Shown: positions 11,757-24,737 of the stretch, piece by piece | Layout of the letters: each line of letters opens with the position of its first letter | Numbering within the stretch: position 1 is the stretch's first letter | Assembly (NCBI RefSeq): GCF_963506605.1 | Contig: NC_083285.1 | Span: 26,722,001-26,786,000, forward strand | Source of the DNA: Zootoca vivipara | Lineage: Eukaryota | DNA length: 64,000 nucleotides | Direction of reading: 5' to 3' | Notes under the pieces: generated by a model | Told to the model about the DNA's origin: nothing | The model's database searches: none | The model's input: the letters and a program-made list of their open reading frames with translations, nothing else | Position numbers and translations under genes: made by a program

Positions 11757-13328
11757 GCTAACAAATCTGTAAGCCTTTGAAGTGGCAAAGCCACTTTGTT
11801 GTTTTCGGAAGCCTCATGTCCTACGAAATTCTGTCTTTGCAACAGGTAGGTTGTGAGGTAGGTTAGGCTGAGAATTGGTTCAGACACCTAGGTTTCAAAC
11901 GGCACGTGCTTGGAGGGTTTTCCGCCTGCTATTGTTGCTCTCAGGGTTGGCCAATCAAAACGTGTCACCACAAATCTGGTTTCCTCCTTCAACAACATGT
12001 ACTTCTGAAAGTGTGGTAGGTGGGAAGACAACCATCTCATGATAAACGGGGCAGTTATTTGGGTGGGTGAGTTCAGAGGGTTGGTATCCACTCATCGCGT
12101 TCCTTCTTCTAAGACTTCTTGTTGCTAAGACACAGAAACTTGTCCAAGCTTTGACCCGAGCTTAGTTCAGATTGGTCGTATTTCTTGCCGGCTGTCTTTG
12201 GTTTTTTTTTAAACGATGTTGTAAAATGTTTTCTAGTCTCTACGTTTGTTTCTGAAGACCAAACACCAGAAGCACGAGAAAACAGTGCAATTGTGTGTTG
12301 TTCCAGTTATGCTGTCAGCCACTTGGAAACCGAGACTGAGAAGTGGGACATACATTATAAACTAGTGAAATAAAAAGATCTTCTCCGTTTCAGCTGTAAA
12401 AAAAAAAAAAGGTTGCTACTGCACTTGAGCTTCCCATGTAGCCGACATATGATTTCTACAAGCAGCTGCCTATAGGGATTGCAGCTGCAATCCAGATGTG
12501 GGTGTCAGTGAGTGTTTTCCCTGTCAGCATCCACAAGTGAAGTGCCTTGAGTGCACTGGACTTGTGACTTGGGTTTCAATTCCTTGCTTAGCTGTGTAGC
12601 TCACTTTGGGTGGCCTTGGATCAGCCATATATCCTCTCAGCTTAACCTACCTCACAGGGTCATTGTTAGGATAAAAATGGGAGAAGCCTACATATTTCAC
12701 CCTGAACTCTTTTGTGGAAGAGCAGACTGGAAATCTAATAAATAAAAGCCCCAATGTGTTTCTGGATCCACTCCTTCCTTCCCTCTGGGTTGTCCTAACC
12801 CTGGTTTGCCTTCTGGGTTTAATCTGACCGATAGGCCAAACAGAGGCCCTCTGCTTTTGCTGGAGCAACTCAAGAGGCCTTGAGAAAATATGCCACCTCT
12901 AAAGGAAAAAATGAAAACAAAAAGGGTGGGAAGGGAGATTGAATTTGGTTTCTTGGTTCATCGATGTCTGCTGTCCTTCAAAACTTCGAGACTTTGCTTG
13001 CTAGGCATCATGACCAGTTAGAAGAGGATACAGAAATGAGAGACATTGCTGCGATCATTTCCTAGCCTGGGCCTGATACTTCACTCACCATGTTGATTTT
13101 TAATGGGTCCGTGCAAACAACAAAAGGTTCCTAAGATTCAGGGACAAACAAACAGCATCGGTTGCAATGGCTGACTTGTGAAAATGCTTTAAAAAAAAAG
13201 TATTGAAAAATATATCGAATTTGCCATAAGCTCACCATCACCGTCTAGTGTCACAATTGTATAATGTATAATGCACTTAAAACACACTTAAAACGTCATA
13301 AGTGAGTCCTTGGTGTGTTTGTCCTCTG

Positions 13329-13448
13329 CAGGGTCTCCAACTGTTTTTGGACTACAACTGCCACCATCCCTAGCTAGCAGGACTAGCGTCAGGAATGATG
13401 GGAATTGTAGTCCAAAAACAGGTGGAGACCCAAATTTGGGAAACCCTG
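13329..13448. mobile_element. hAT-type MITE, related family
   Basis: CAGGG...CCCTG ends; internal ggactacaa/ttgtagtcc inverted repeat. Confidence 0.65.
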
Positions 13449-14897
13449 CTCTACTATACCATAAGGTGGTTCCTTTGGCGCCCCCTGGTGAGGAAACTGC
13501 TAAGCACGGTAAGTACAGTATGTAGGAAAATTGGTTGTTGCACCAGCTCTGTTAGTCTGTTGCAGAAAAAACAACCAAGCATCTCATGGCATCTTAAAGA
13601 ATAAATTACCATGTTGCAAGAAATAACTCATCAGGAACAGAAAGTGTTATCCTCAGTTGACAGCTGTCATGCTAACAATGCAGTCAAGTGACACTGACAT
13701 TAAAATGTACATCTATGCACAATGACCATCCACAATTGTAATCATTGGTGGCAATGCAATACCTTAACACTAAGTTAATTGCCATTAAGAGTAGGACAAG
13801 AAACGATTATCACAGCTGCTAGAACTGAACCTGATGACTGAGTTGTAATTTCACATTTTTCACACTGGCGTTTCTCTTTGAAGATACAGTATTTTGTTCA
13901 AGTACAGCCATTTCCAGCAGCCGAACGGAAAACCTTCTGTTTCTGAAGCAAGGTTTGGGATGGGATTTCATTCAGCCCAAGTCCCAAACTGTCTTCAGAT
14001 CTCTGGGGAACAACCTGGCTCGCATCCAAGCAGAGAGGAGAGCCGGCTGCTGTGGACATAGGAGGCTTCTGTTCTCTCTCAACAAGCTTGGGGTAGGGAA
14101 TTTCTGGCTTGTATTTTGCAACTGCTCTCTCTGCTCAATATTTCTCTTCTTCTCTTCTTCTCAGGGTGTTGGGGTTTACGGTGTAGGGCTACAAGTAAAG
14201 AATGCAAGTCACCCTGGGCTGAGGAAAGATTTGTAGTTGTTTCTGGAAAACATGGGGAATTCAAGTTAGAGTTCTAGACAGGGTTATCAAACGCCACGGT
14301 GATGGCTAAATGGAATGGGGTGTCCAGCCAAGCCCCAGATCTGCCAGGATGAACTGAGTTTGGAATAGACTGGATTGCTGGCTGAGCCTGAGCTCAGTGG
14401 GGCAGAGGGAGACATCCACCTGTTGCAAACTCTGCTCGGCTGTGTCATGTGACCTAGCAACCCAGTAGAAGTTACAAAAAGGCTGGTGCAAGTCAAACTC
14501 CATTTTAAAAGGTTGTTTTCCCTCCAAAAGGCTGGGTGGGGCTGAATTAGCTGGCAGCAGCCACACTCCTGAAAGGAGTTTGCAACAGGGGTAAGTTACA
14601 CCGGCATAAATTGCCATGGCATAAATTACACTGGCTTTCTGCAGCTTAGATTGCTCGGCCCAGAGCAGTATATCTGCCACGGAGTATCTGGTTGCCAACA
14701 ATTAAGAAGGGTCTCCACAAGTGACTGGCTACTGTGGAGCTGAGATGGACATTTGCTCTGATCCATCAGGACTTCCGTTATATTCTTAGCCTCTGCAATA
14801 AGCTCTCTTGTGGAATCCTCACTGCCTCACAAAAGTGATCTTGCCCTTCACTTGCTCACCCCCCTCACCTCCATCAGCTATGTAGCAGTGCAGGGGT

Positions 14898-15520
14898 GTC
14901 TTCTTCTTCTTTGGCGATCATTCATAGCCGAGTTTGTCTTCCATGAACACAGTTTTAACAGTGAGTCCGTAAGTGACTGTGGAGGCCAGTTCTGGGTCCG
15001 CACTTCCTTCCACAGTGGGGACATAGGTTTCTGGGTGGGAGTTGATCACAGTGAGGGTTTGCCAAGCGTGCTTTCCTCTTAGCACCTTTCTCCCTTTCAT
15101 CCTGAGTTCAAGCATCTTAAAAGCCCATGACACCTTTGGGAAAGTCTGTTCTCCAATTGGAGCACTTGCAGGCCAGTGTTTCCCAGTTTTTGGTGTTAAT
15201 ACTACTGTATATTTTTTTAGATTTGCCTTGAGAGAATCTTTCGACCTCTTTTGTTGGCCACCAGCATTAAGCTTTCCATTTTTAAAGTTTGGAATAGAGT
15301 ACTGTATGTAGTTGCTTTGGAAGATGAACATCTGAACAACATGACCAGTCCAACAAAGTTGATACAGAAGAATCATTGCTTTTGACACCGATGATCTTTG
15401 CTTCTTCCAGTATACTGGCATTAGTTCTCCTGTCTTCCCAAGTGATGTGTAAAAAATTTCGGAGACACCGCTGATGGATCTTTCGAGGAGTTGGAGATGG
15501 CCTTTATAAGTGGTCTGCAA
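14898..15520 (-). mobile_element. RTE-clade LINE 3' fragment
   Basis: Minus ORF with RTE C-terminal motifs (WTGHVVQM..GKLNAGGQQKRSKDSLKANLKK); (GAA)n tail at ~14899-14910. Confidence 0.8.
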
Positions 15521-16154
15521 GCTGCTGGGAGGAATGTAAGTGATGGAGAGGGGCACTGTAGGCATTGCATCTCAGATTGCCTATGCTATGGTTGGAGTGC
15601 CACGTTGCGGCTGCTGCCAGAGGCTGGGCGAGTGGCTTGAATGTCCTTTCCCATGTGGTAGCCCTGCTAATGACAGAGGTTCTCTAGGCTAGCCTTACCC
15701 AACCTTGAGCACAGGTGTACCGTAGGTGAACTACAGCTCCTGTCAACTCCGGCAGCATGGCTAATGGTCAGGGATGATGGAAGTTGAAGTCCAAAGGCAT
15801 CTGGGGACCAAGGCTTGGAGAAGGCTGCTCTATGCTCTACTGTACTGTTTTTAATATTCAGTTGGAAGCCACCCAGAGTGGCTGGGGAAACCCAGCTAGA
15901 TGGGCGGGGTATAAATAATAAATTATTATTATTATTATTACTTGGTGGCTTGCCCTTTGACCTAAGGTGGGTTAGAATAGCAGCATGACAGCTACAGATG
16001 TGCTAAACAAATTAGGGAGTCGGTCTCCAAAGGCATGTGGGTCACGGGGTATGAAAAGGCTAAACACTGTTGCTTAAGCCATTGATGTGGTGTGACAAGG
16101 AATGTTGACCACCCACCCACCTGGAAAGAATGTGTTCTGAACTTAATGCCTATT

Positions 16155-16305
16155 GAGAGCCAGTGTGGTTTAGTGGTTAGTGTCTGACTAGGACCTGGGA
16201 GACCAGAGTTCTTGTGGGGATTAAATTGGGGGGGGGACCATGGATGCCCCTCAAGCTCGTTGGAGAGAAAGGTAGGATATAAAAGCAAGCAAGCAAATAA
16301 ATAAA
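16155..16305 (+). mobile_element. tRNA-derived squamate SINE (Squam3-like), internally deleted
   Basis: gagagccagtgtggtttagtggttagtgtctgactaggacctgggagacc head with an A-box; (A/T)AAA tail; related pieces at ~12550-12745, ~25700-25830 and ~53620-53760. Confidence 0.55.
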
Positions 16306-16626
16306 TGTCACCAGGTGCATTTTCACATAATTTGTCTTATATATATAAAAAGGTTAATTATTTTAGAAATGGGATGTACAGTAAAATACTGCTGTGTGCA
16401 GAGCTTTTGTTTAGGCTACTCCATTACACACACACATGCACACATAGTGAGTCAGCATCATTCCATGCGTGCTGAGTCTGCTGTTCTGGAGAAATTTTAC
16501 CCCCTTAGGGTTTTTTACTTGAGATTTCCCCACCCCCCCCTTTCTGCAGATATTGAAGTCTCCTTGAGGCTGCTAGCATCTCCCTCTTGACACCTTACAT
16601 TTGGGTGACATTAGCCAAACTCATTG

Positions 16627-16794
16627 NNNNNNNNNNNNNNNNNNNNNNNNNNNNNNNNNNNNNNNNNNNNNNNNNNNNNNNNNNNNNNNNNNNNNNNNNN
16701 NNNNNNNNNNNNNNNNNNNNNNNNNNNNNNNNNNNNNNNNNNNNNNNNNNNNNNNNNNNNNNNNNNNNNNNNNNNNNNNNNNNNNNNNNNNNNN
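16627..16794. other. Assembly gap (168 N)
   Basis: Run of n. Confidence 1.
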
Positions 16795-19129
16795 TTCCCA
16801 GAACTGTGACAGACACCCTCTTAGAAAAAAAGCAAACATTTCTCTCAGATGTATTTTATTCATATGCAAATCTGTGGATTTAACTGATGGATGGATCAAT
16901 TCCTGAATGAAAGCTCCTATGTTGAGCTAAGATTTATGCAAACAGTGACAGCCCAATATATGTTTAGCATTTTCAAAGCAGCACACAAATGCTCACCCTT
17001 CTGGGCATTGCCCAAACCCAGACGTGCTTAGCTCCAGCAAGGTGGAGGCCTCATATAACTTCAGGAGATATCCTGAGACCTAGTAGCTAATATAGATGTA
17101 TAAACAATGCATCCTATTCTTATTCCTTCTTGTGGCTGCTCTTCCTCAGATCAGGAAAATAGAAAGCTTTGCAGATGTGGAGTATTCTCCGATCACTGCA
17201 TAAAAGAGGACTATTCACAACTGTCATGTAACAACAGCATCATGGAACTGGATGACTTGCTTCTTGACAAGAGTGTTGATTCTTGGGTGCTGTGCATAAT
17301 CTTAACTAGGAACAAATAAATTAGATTAAATACCTAGGCTGAGTGGGGTAGGAAGCTAACTTTGGTGGCTGCTGCATGTTATGTAAAATAAACGTGGTGC
17401 ATAATTTATTTTTTCTCTTGCTAACCAAAGCTTGCTTGCCACCCTCCTCCTCCAACTGGCATGGGAGAGAGGCCTTAAAAATGGGCTATGAAATGCAGTC
17501 TTTGTCCCTCCCATCAGGATCCATTCCATCCCTCATTTACCATCTATACTGTTACTCACGAGTAAACTAAAAAGCCTTGTTGTAATTAGCATAGGATTGG
17601 GCAGAGTTACAGCAGTCCCTCTTATTTTTAACTTGCTTTAGCCATATGCCTTATTCCCCGCCTTCTCTTTTTTAAAAAACGGTCAGTCCCTGAGCATGTG
17701 GATACCTCCATTTCCGAATTTGGTTCCAACATCCTATCGGCATTCCTCACTAGGAATAATGTTCATTATTAGAAGGAATGTGGAAAAGTTCACCACTTGG
17801 AAGTAGGACATGGAGCCCATACAAAATGACTGGAAATTATCTCAGGTGAACTGGAGCAACTCAATTTTGTATCACCGTGTCAAGCCCTAAGGAGTATTTT
17901 ATCGCACTTTTAGGGGATGACGGAGTAGTTAAATGCATACTGGGGTCACTTGCTATTTGGTAATGGTAAAGGAGCTGGTAGCACCAGCCACAGTGGAGAG
18001 AACAAATAGCATCTTGAAGCAAACCCATTTTTGGAGAGAGGTTTTGGATCTGGCTGCAATATGGTCACGCAAGTAACGTTTTGAGCTGGGCATCCCACTG
18101 CAAAAGCTGTTACAGGATATGACGCTGTCAAACGCCTTTTACAGCTGTTCTTTTAAAGAACACAGAGAGAGCTCTTCAGTTCAGGACGTTACGATTCCCC
18201 CTACACGTGTAGGGTGGCCCCAAAACTGAATCACAGCCTCTCTCCGTTTGGACTTCGTGCCCTTTGTACAGGAAGGGAGTGTTTGCTTATTAAGTTGCTA
18301 TTCCAGACACATGGAACAAAAATGTCCCTAATAAGGAAGACTGACTGACCGACTGTGTGTGTGTAACTGTGCGCTTTTACATGGCACGCCTAATGCTTGT
18401 ACTTTGGGGTCGTGATGGGAGTTTGCAGTCTCTCTGTGCCAGAGAGAGCGATCTTGAATTTAGGAAGCCCACACAACCCGCCTCCCTCCCTGGCGGGCAG
18501 AGCGGCGCTTCCAGGGTGACGGGCGGGTCTAGGCCACAGTCTAGTGCGCACGCGTCAGTTCCGGCCGGCGGGGACCAAAGGGATAAAACAAAAACCCTGA
18601 AGCTTCACACACCCATCGCTTCCTTGTTCTGATTAGACTTCCCCAAGCCAAGCAAGTGCGGATTGGTACCTGGGCGAAGGAAGCTTTCAAAGGATTCCCA
18701 GCACAGTTGCACACTGTGTGCGCAAATATATTGAAGCCTCGTGCCTTTCAAAGTTGGCAGCAGGCAGAAATTGAACAGGTGCGGGTAATAAACGGAGGTG
18801 CGCTGTAAACTTAAAACTTCTGGCTGTGCCACAGAAAGTAAACGCAGAATCTGATTCCCATCAGATAAAGACCGGTTTCTACTTTGGGGGGGAGCAGAAA
18901 ATGGCACACACCCCCGGAATGGTTCTCTAAAAAACTGAGATGCGGCACAGAAACTCAGCGAGTGAAACCCACTCCATCTCTTGAATTTCTGTCCAAGCCA
19001 AAGTGTGAATCCTGTCAGGAATAAAAACGTCGCTCTTGGAGATTGGGTAGGTTCCCCCATTTTCCCCGAAGCTATGGGCAGAGAGTGCGTGTGCAGCACT
19101 TAACTCTCTTTTTTACCCCGCACATGGAA

Positions 19130-20520
19130 GTGCTCGTTCGGCTGCCATCGGGGAACCGGAACTCTCGTCAGAGGAACACATAAGACCGCAGCCCCTTGGG
19201 CGGGGACCGGAGCTTCGGCGCGTGGGTAGGAAGCGGCTGCGGCGGCTGTTGAGGGAGGAAAATGGCGGCCGCCGCCGCCGCCGGAGCCGCTGCTGCCGCC
19301 GCGCAGCTTACCGACGAGGAGCTTTTCTCCGAGCTGAGGCGACTCGGCTTCTCGCCGGGGCCCGTCACCGAGAGCACACGGCCGGTCTACCTGAAGAAGC
19401 TCAAGAAGCTCCGCGAGGAAGAGCGAGCTGGCGGGGCCCGAGCCGCCGCCGCCGCCTCCAGCAAGACCCGGAACAGTAACAACAATAACCCCGGGGCAGG
19501 AGGCGGCGGCGGTTTGGCGTCTCGGCTGACCAGCGCCGACCTGTCCTCCTCCTCCTCCCTGTCTGGGGCAGCCGGCGGCGGCGGCCGGGCCCGTGGAGCT
19601 GCCCTCGGCGGCGGCAAAGTGCTGCTGGGCTTCAGCTCTGACGAGTCGGATGCGGAGGCCAGTCCCCGGGGCCCGGCTGGCGCCGCGGGCAGCCGGCGGG
19701 AGCGAGGCTCAGCCTCCCGACGGGACGCGAGGCCTGCGGCAGCCGTGGGCACTGGCTGCCTCCCCAGCAGCGCGGCGGTTGAGGCAGCGCCTCTTCGGAG
19801 GAAGCCCCATGCCTGGTGGGGGGCGACGGCCAGGCGGGCGGCTGGAGCTCGGGAGCAGATTCCGGGCGTCGGTGGCGGCGGAGAGGACGACGACGGGGAG
19901 GACGACGACGACGAAGCTGCAGCAGCCGCCGCCGAGGACGAGCCCCAGGAGGAGCCGCAGCAGCAGCAGGAGCGCTGCAAGAACCGCGCCGTGAACGGGA
20001 GCCGATTCCTCTCCTACGGCGGCGCCAGCAAGAGGGACAAGTACTCGGACTCGGAGGAGGAAGAGGCGGCGGCTGCGGTTGCGACGGGGGCCAAGCAGCA
20101 GGTGCTGAGAGAGGAGTCGCTTGCCCGCCACTACCTGGCCCGAAGGAACCTTAACAGACCTGCCGCGCCATTCTCGGGCCAGGCAGGTGCAGCAGGGGGC
20201 TTGATGGAGACAGGCCAGGGTGCTGCTGCGGCTGCTGTTGCTGGTAGCGGCCGTGCATTGAATGTTAGGGTGGCTGCTGCTGGCAGGAGCAGTGACAGGG
20301 GGCGAAGTCGAGAGGAAAACGAGGAGGAGGAAGAAGAGGAGGTCGACCTGGCGAAAAGGGGCGGGTATTTGGACTCCAGTCCGCCGCTCCTGCCCAGGTA
20401 CCGCGGCGGCGGCTCTGCTAGGAAAGCCCACCAGCAGCTGTTTCTCCCGCCGCTGCTCAGCGGCTTGGACAGTAGTAGCAAAATGACTGATTCCTTGGGC
20501 GGCGACAGGAAACCAGCCAA
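19130..20520. promoter_or_regulatory. LEMD3: LEMD3 CpG island / promoter
   Basis: CpG-dense; ETS-like CCGGAA at ~19156; AAAATGGCGGC (YY1-like) overlaps the start codon. Confidence 0.75.
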
Positions 20521-20867
20521 CAATCATATCCTCACTGGTGGCTACAATATGGAACCTAGGATATATACAGCTACCACCAGCCTCTCTCCAGGTGCTACCA
20601 CTTCCTCCTCCACTAGAATCAATCACTCCAACCACACAGGTTCAAATCATACTTATCCGAAAAACACCTACAAGCAGAAGGTTTCGGAGCCAGAGGAGGA
20701 TCTTCTGCAGCAGTTCAAGAGAGAAGAAATATCCACCACAGGAGGCTTCAGTGCCCATTACCTGTCCATGTTCCTCTTAACTGCTGCATGCTTGTTCTTT
20801 CTGATATTGGGGCTCACGTACCTAAGAATGAGAGGTTCAGGAATAACTGAGGATGTGGGAATTGACA
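19262..20867 (+). CDS. LEMD3: LEM domain-containing protein 3 (MAN1) exon 1: LEM domain, low-complexity nucleoplasmic region, TM1
   Basis: LEM motif QLTDEELFSELRRLGFSPGPVTESTRPVYLKKLKKLREE; LLGFSSDESD; TM YLSMFLLTAACLFFLILGLTYL; donor GACA|gtaagt; 1606 nt, phase 1. Confidence 0.97.
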
Positions 20868-23602
20868 GTAAGTATTGGGAAACGGGGTGGAAGCCCTTTG
20901 CTTCACTTAATGACATAAATAAATGTGTGAAGTATGTCACATAAAGGAACCCAGAACCTTGAGTTGCTGCTTTGTTTTCTGTCAACCCTAACAACTGCTT
21001 CTGTAGACTTGTGGATGTTTTTGCTTACTGAGTGGAACGAGAAACAGTTTTTGGGCAAACCACACAGACCTCTCTGTTCCTTTATGCCAATAGCCTTTAT
21101 GCCAATTTTGTTTCCTCTTAACTTCTTGCCATTAATTTTATTAGAACCTCTCAAACTTTTAAGGGTATGTCCTTAAAGATGTTTCCCCCCTCAGAACAGA
21201 ATAATTACTGCTATGTGTCTTAGATTTAAAAATGGGAATCTGATTCTAAGCTTGTAGCTGTAGTGATGTTCTTGTGGGGGTGAATCGGATTGTAAACGAT
21301 GTTTGAAACTCAGATACTAATTTTTATCTATAGGAAAGCACCCCACACCTGACAAAATGCAGACACAGGAGATGCTTCTGTTTAAAAATGAATGAGTTAC
21401 ATAGGGTAAATTCATTATAATAGCTGCATTCTGATGCACATGTAGTATGTTGATTCCTACATGGAAATACTATGTAGATATTTATAACATGTGAGTGACA
21501 CCTGTGTTTAAATTTAATTTAAATTCTAAATTTAAATTTAGGATTTACTCAGGATTCTGGGAAAAAAACCACTTAATTGTCACTCAAAGTTGGCTTAGTT
21601 ACAGTGGGTTCTGACAGTAGGAGGAAAAAGCAGGTGTTTGAGTTCAGTTGAGGGGGGAATAGGGTAGTGGGAGATCTTGAACAGGAAAAAATAATTTATT
21701 AGTTTAAAGTGATTTTAACAGGATGATTGTCAAATGGGGAGCTTAAAGGCCCCCTGAAAATTTGGCATACGTGCACCTTTTGCTAAGCAAATCAGCACCT
21801 TTAAATGATTTCCTGTAACTTGTGGTTCATTAACACAGCCACAAGGCTAGATTTAGATCTTTCCATCTTAATGCTGTGTTTTTGTTGATTTACTCTTGGC
21901 ATTTTCATGGTGACCTGGTTTTCATGTCACCCTAAGCCAAACCATAGCTTAGCATAAACACACAGGCCCCAGGAGATAGATTTGTGCCTACTTTACTCCT
22001 CCCTAGTCACTCTGCTGCTATGCTAAGTCAGCACTTGACTTAGCATGTTGTCCTGGGTTTGTGGTTTAACTGTCTCCATACTAACCATTAGATGTAACCC
22101 AAATTTGTCCCATGGTTTATGGCTCATTGTTTGTTTGGAAGAGATAAACTGTGAGCCTGGGTTCAGACAGCATGCTAAATCAAGCTAACACAGCAGCAGA
22201 ACCACTGGGGGTGCCATACTCTTCTCTGGAAACTTGCATGCTCACACATTTGGACTGAGCCTTGGTTTGGTTTGGTTTGGTGTAGTGTATTGTGATGTAT
22301 GAACCAGGCCAGTGTTGTCCTGCTGGTAAAGATGGAAAAACAGAATATGATGATTCCCCCAATTGTAGTTTTGTGATTTATGAAAACCTTATTACTAGGA
22401 AAACATGGATAAAAGACTATTTCATATCTGGAAGCCGCAGTCTTCCTTGGTTTATTTAATCAGGCAAAATGATTCTTGCATACATTTGAATGTATACCCA
22501 TACTTCTAGCTTAGGTGTATGTGTTCATTTTTATTAATCCATAATTGCCTGCCTGAAGTACTGTTTGGACAAAAAAAACCCTTGATAGATGGATTCTAAA
22601 AACTAGATAAGTAATATCAGAATTCTGAAATGTGCTGCTGTATGATGAGGTTCAAAAGTCAAAAGTGCTACTGTTTTTATCGGCCTGATTTTTGTGTTGC
22701 TTTATATACCATGTAGATATACCATGTGAAGCAGCACTCAAGACTTGAAATGCTTGGAAATAGCAGCCATATAAAGAGAGAAAAATGGTGCCAAATCATA
22801 ATATTTTCGCAGAGTTCTTTTGCTTCAAGCTATATTCCTAGTGGTTTGTTGATATGCTTGGCTTTTAAATCTCAAGCCTCCAGATTGCGTGCACACACAT
22901 TCACCTGGTGGTTTTGGCAAGTGGATACTGCATATTGAGTCATCTTGGCCCTTTCCTTATTACTATGCTATATATCTGCTAATTGCAATTTATATTTGCT
23001 TCTATAGTTATCTGTGGATGTAATCTTACGGTCTTTGAGAGAGTGTATCATGGGCCATACAGTAGATTGCATTGATACTGAAGGCAGAGATCTGGACAGG
23101 GGCATCTCATATTAGAGCCTCTATCTTTGCTGCTGGCCTCAGTGCCCTGCTTGAACTAATGTTAGAGCTGCAGCATCCGTAGGGCCAAAAGAGGGGCATG
23201 TCTGGAGCTTCCCATGAAGCAGCTTGGAGCCAAAGTATTCAAGGCTGCCCCAGTCCCATGACACTCCAAACCAAGGAGAGGAAGTTTAGACATGTTTCTA
23301 AGCATGTCTAATGGAAGCAAAATGTCCTTTAAAGTGTTGAAATGTGTATAATTCTAGCAAGGCTCAGGTGAGGAGAACAGACAAATGTGTCTTGTCACCA
23401 ATTTCTAAATGTGTGTAATAACTGTAAGCTTAGGGTTTTTGGGGTATGTGTGTGAAATTGAATGGTTAGAGGTTTTGTGCAGTAGCTTCTGAACAAGTGG
23501 ATCTTGAAAACTGAAATTTGTATCAAAACTGCATACTTTTTCAGGTGGGCAAGAATGTTTATTTTGTTCCTGAAACTAAGGTGCAACCAACAAAGGTGTG
23601 GA

Positions 23603-23785
23603 GGAGCTGTAGCTCCTGGGTACTGCACATGCTTTTGTACGCAGAATTTCCCAAGTTCAATCCTTGGTATCTCCAGGTGTGACTGGAAAGGCCATATCTG
23701 AAATCCTGGAGAGCTTAGTGGTAGTAACCGGGGACAGTGCTAAGCTGGATGGTATAGTGGTGAGACCCAGTCAACGCAGATTCTT
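23603..23785 (+). mobile_element. tRNA-derived squamate SINE (Squam2-like, tRNA-Ala-like head)
   Basis: gagctgtagctc..gttcaatccttggtatctccaggt..ctgaaatcctggagag; similar copy at ~42581-42730. Confidence 0.5.
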
Positions 23786-24601
23786 GCCCTACAGCTCCCA
23801 CAGTCCCTGACATTGCTGACAGGCACTAATAGGTATTGAAATCCAACAGCACCTGGAGGGTCACAGGTAGGCCACCCCACCTACTCTGCTGCATTTGCCT
23901 ACAGAGTGTGGAAATATTGTTGTTGGTACGTAAAGTGGACTTACGCTGCATATAGCAACATGCTCCTCTGTAACACAGCAGCCCTGTGATTCTAAACAAT
24001 AGCTATATTGAGGTACAACATACATGATCCTCCAAGCAACTTTCTGTTGCTTGATTTTAAAGGTTTATTAAAGGTAAAAGTTGTTGGAAGTGGTTAGAAA
24101 CCTGACTGCCACTGCAGGCTTTCAAAATAGGGCTGGAATGTTCTTGAGCAGGAAGCTATGTGATGTAATCTTGTTTTCAGGGACTTGGTACAGGGGGGGA
24201 AAATGGCTGCCCCAGGCACAAACTTTTTCTTTTTAAAAGCCAACTACCTTGTTACTGCAAGTTGACTAACTTCTTCCCTCACTCACCTCAAAGTCAAATA
24301 AGCTTTGTTTCCCCCCAATTATTATTATTTTATTTCATAAAATTTATGCACTGCTTGATTGTAAAAAAACCACACCCTCAAAGTGGTTCACAAAAAAGTA
24401 AAACCAGTAGGATTATCAGTAAGAAGAATTAATAACAATTTAAGACTTTCAAAAAGTTAAGATAATAAAGCATATTAAAATTTGCATCAACTTTCTAAGT
24501 ATCTGGGCAAGCAAATGTTTCCAGCAGGCACTGAAAAGAGTATAGTAAATGCACATGGCATTTGCCTGATATCCATAGGCAGGGAGTTTCAAAGTGTAGG
24601 T

Positions 24602-24737
24602 CAGGCATCCCCAAACTTCGGCCTTCCAGATGTTTTGGACTACAATTCCCATCTTCCCCGACCACTGGTTCTGTTAGCTAGGGATCATGGGAGTTGTAGG
24701 CCAAAACATCTGGAGGGCCGCAGTTTGGGGATGCCTG
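24602..24737. mobile_element. 136-bp hAT MITE
   Basis: TIR CAGGCATCCCCAAACT / AGTTTGGGGATGCCTG; 8-bp TSD GTGTAGGT on both sides. Confidence 0.9.

Noticed and set aside
16587-16906. ORFs containing X runs
   Set aside because: Artefacts of the N gap
19387-20635. Antisense ORFs (197 aa, 308 aa) and alternative-frame ORFs over LEMD3 exon 1
   Set aside because: Shadows of a GC-rich, repeat-rich coding exon; low-complexity products
20868-20944. C-terminal tail of the 560-aa ORF (KYWETGWKPF..)
   Set aside because: Read-through into intron 1 past the GTAAGT donor; no support for an intronic isoform
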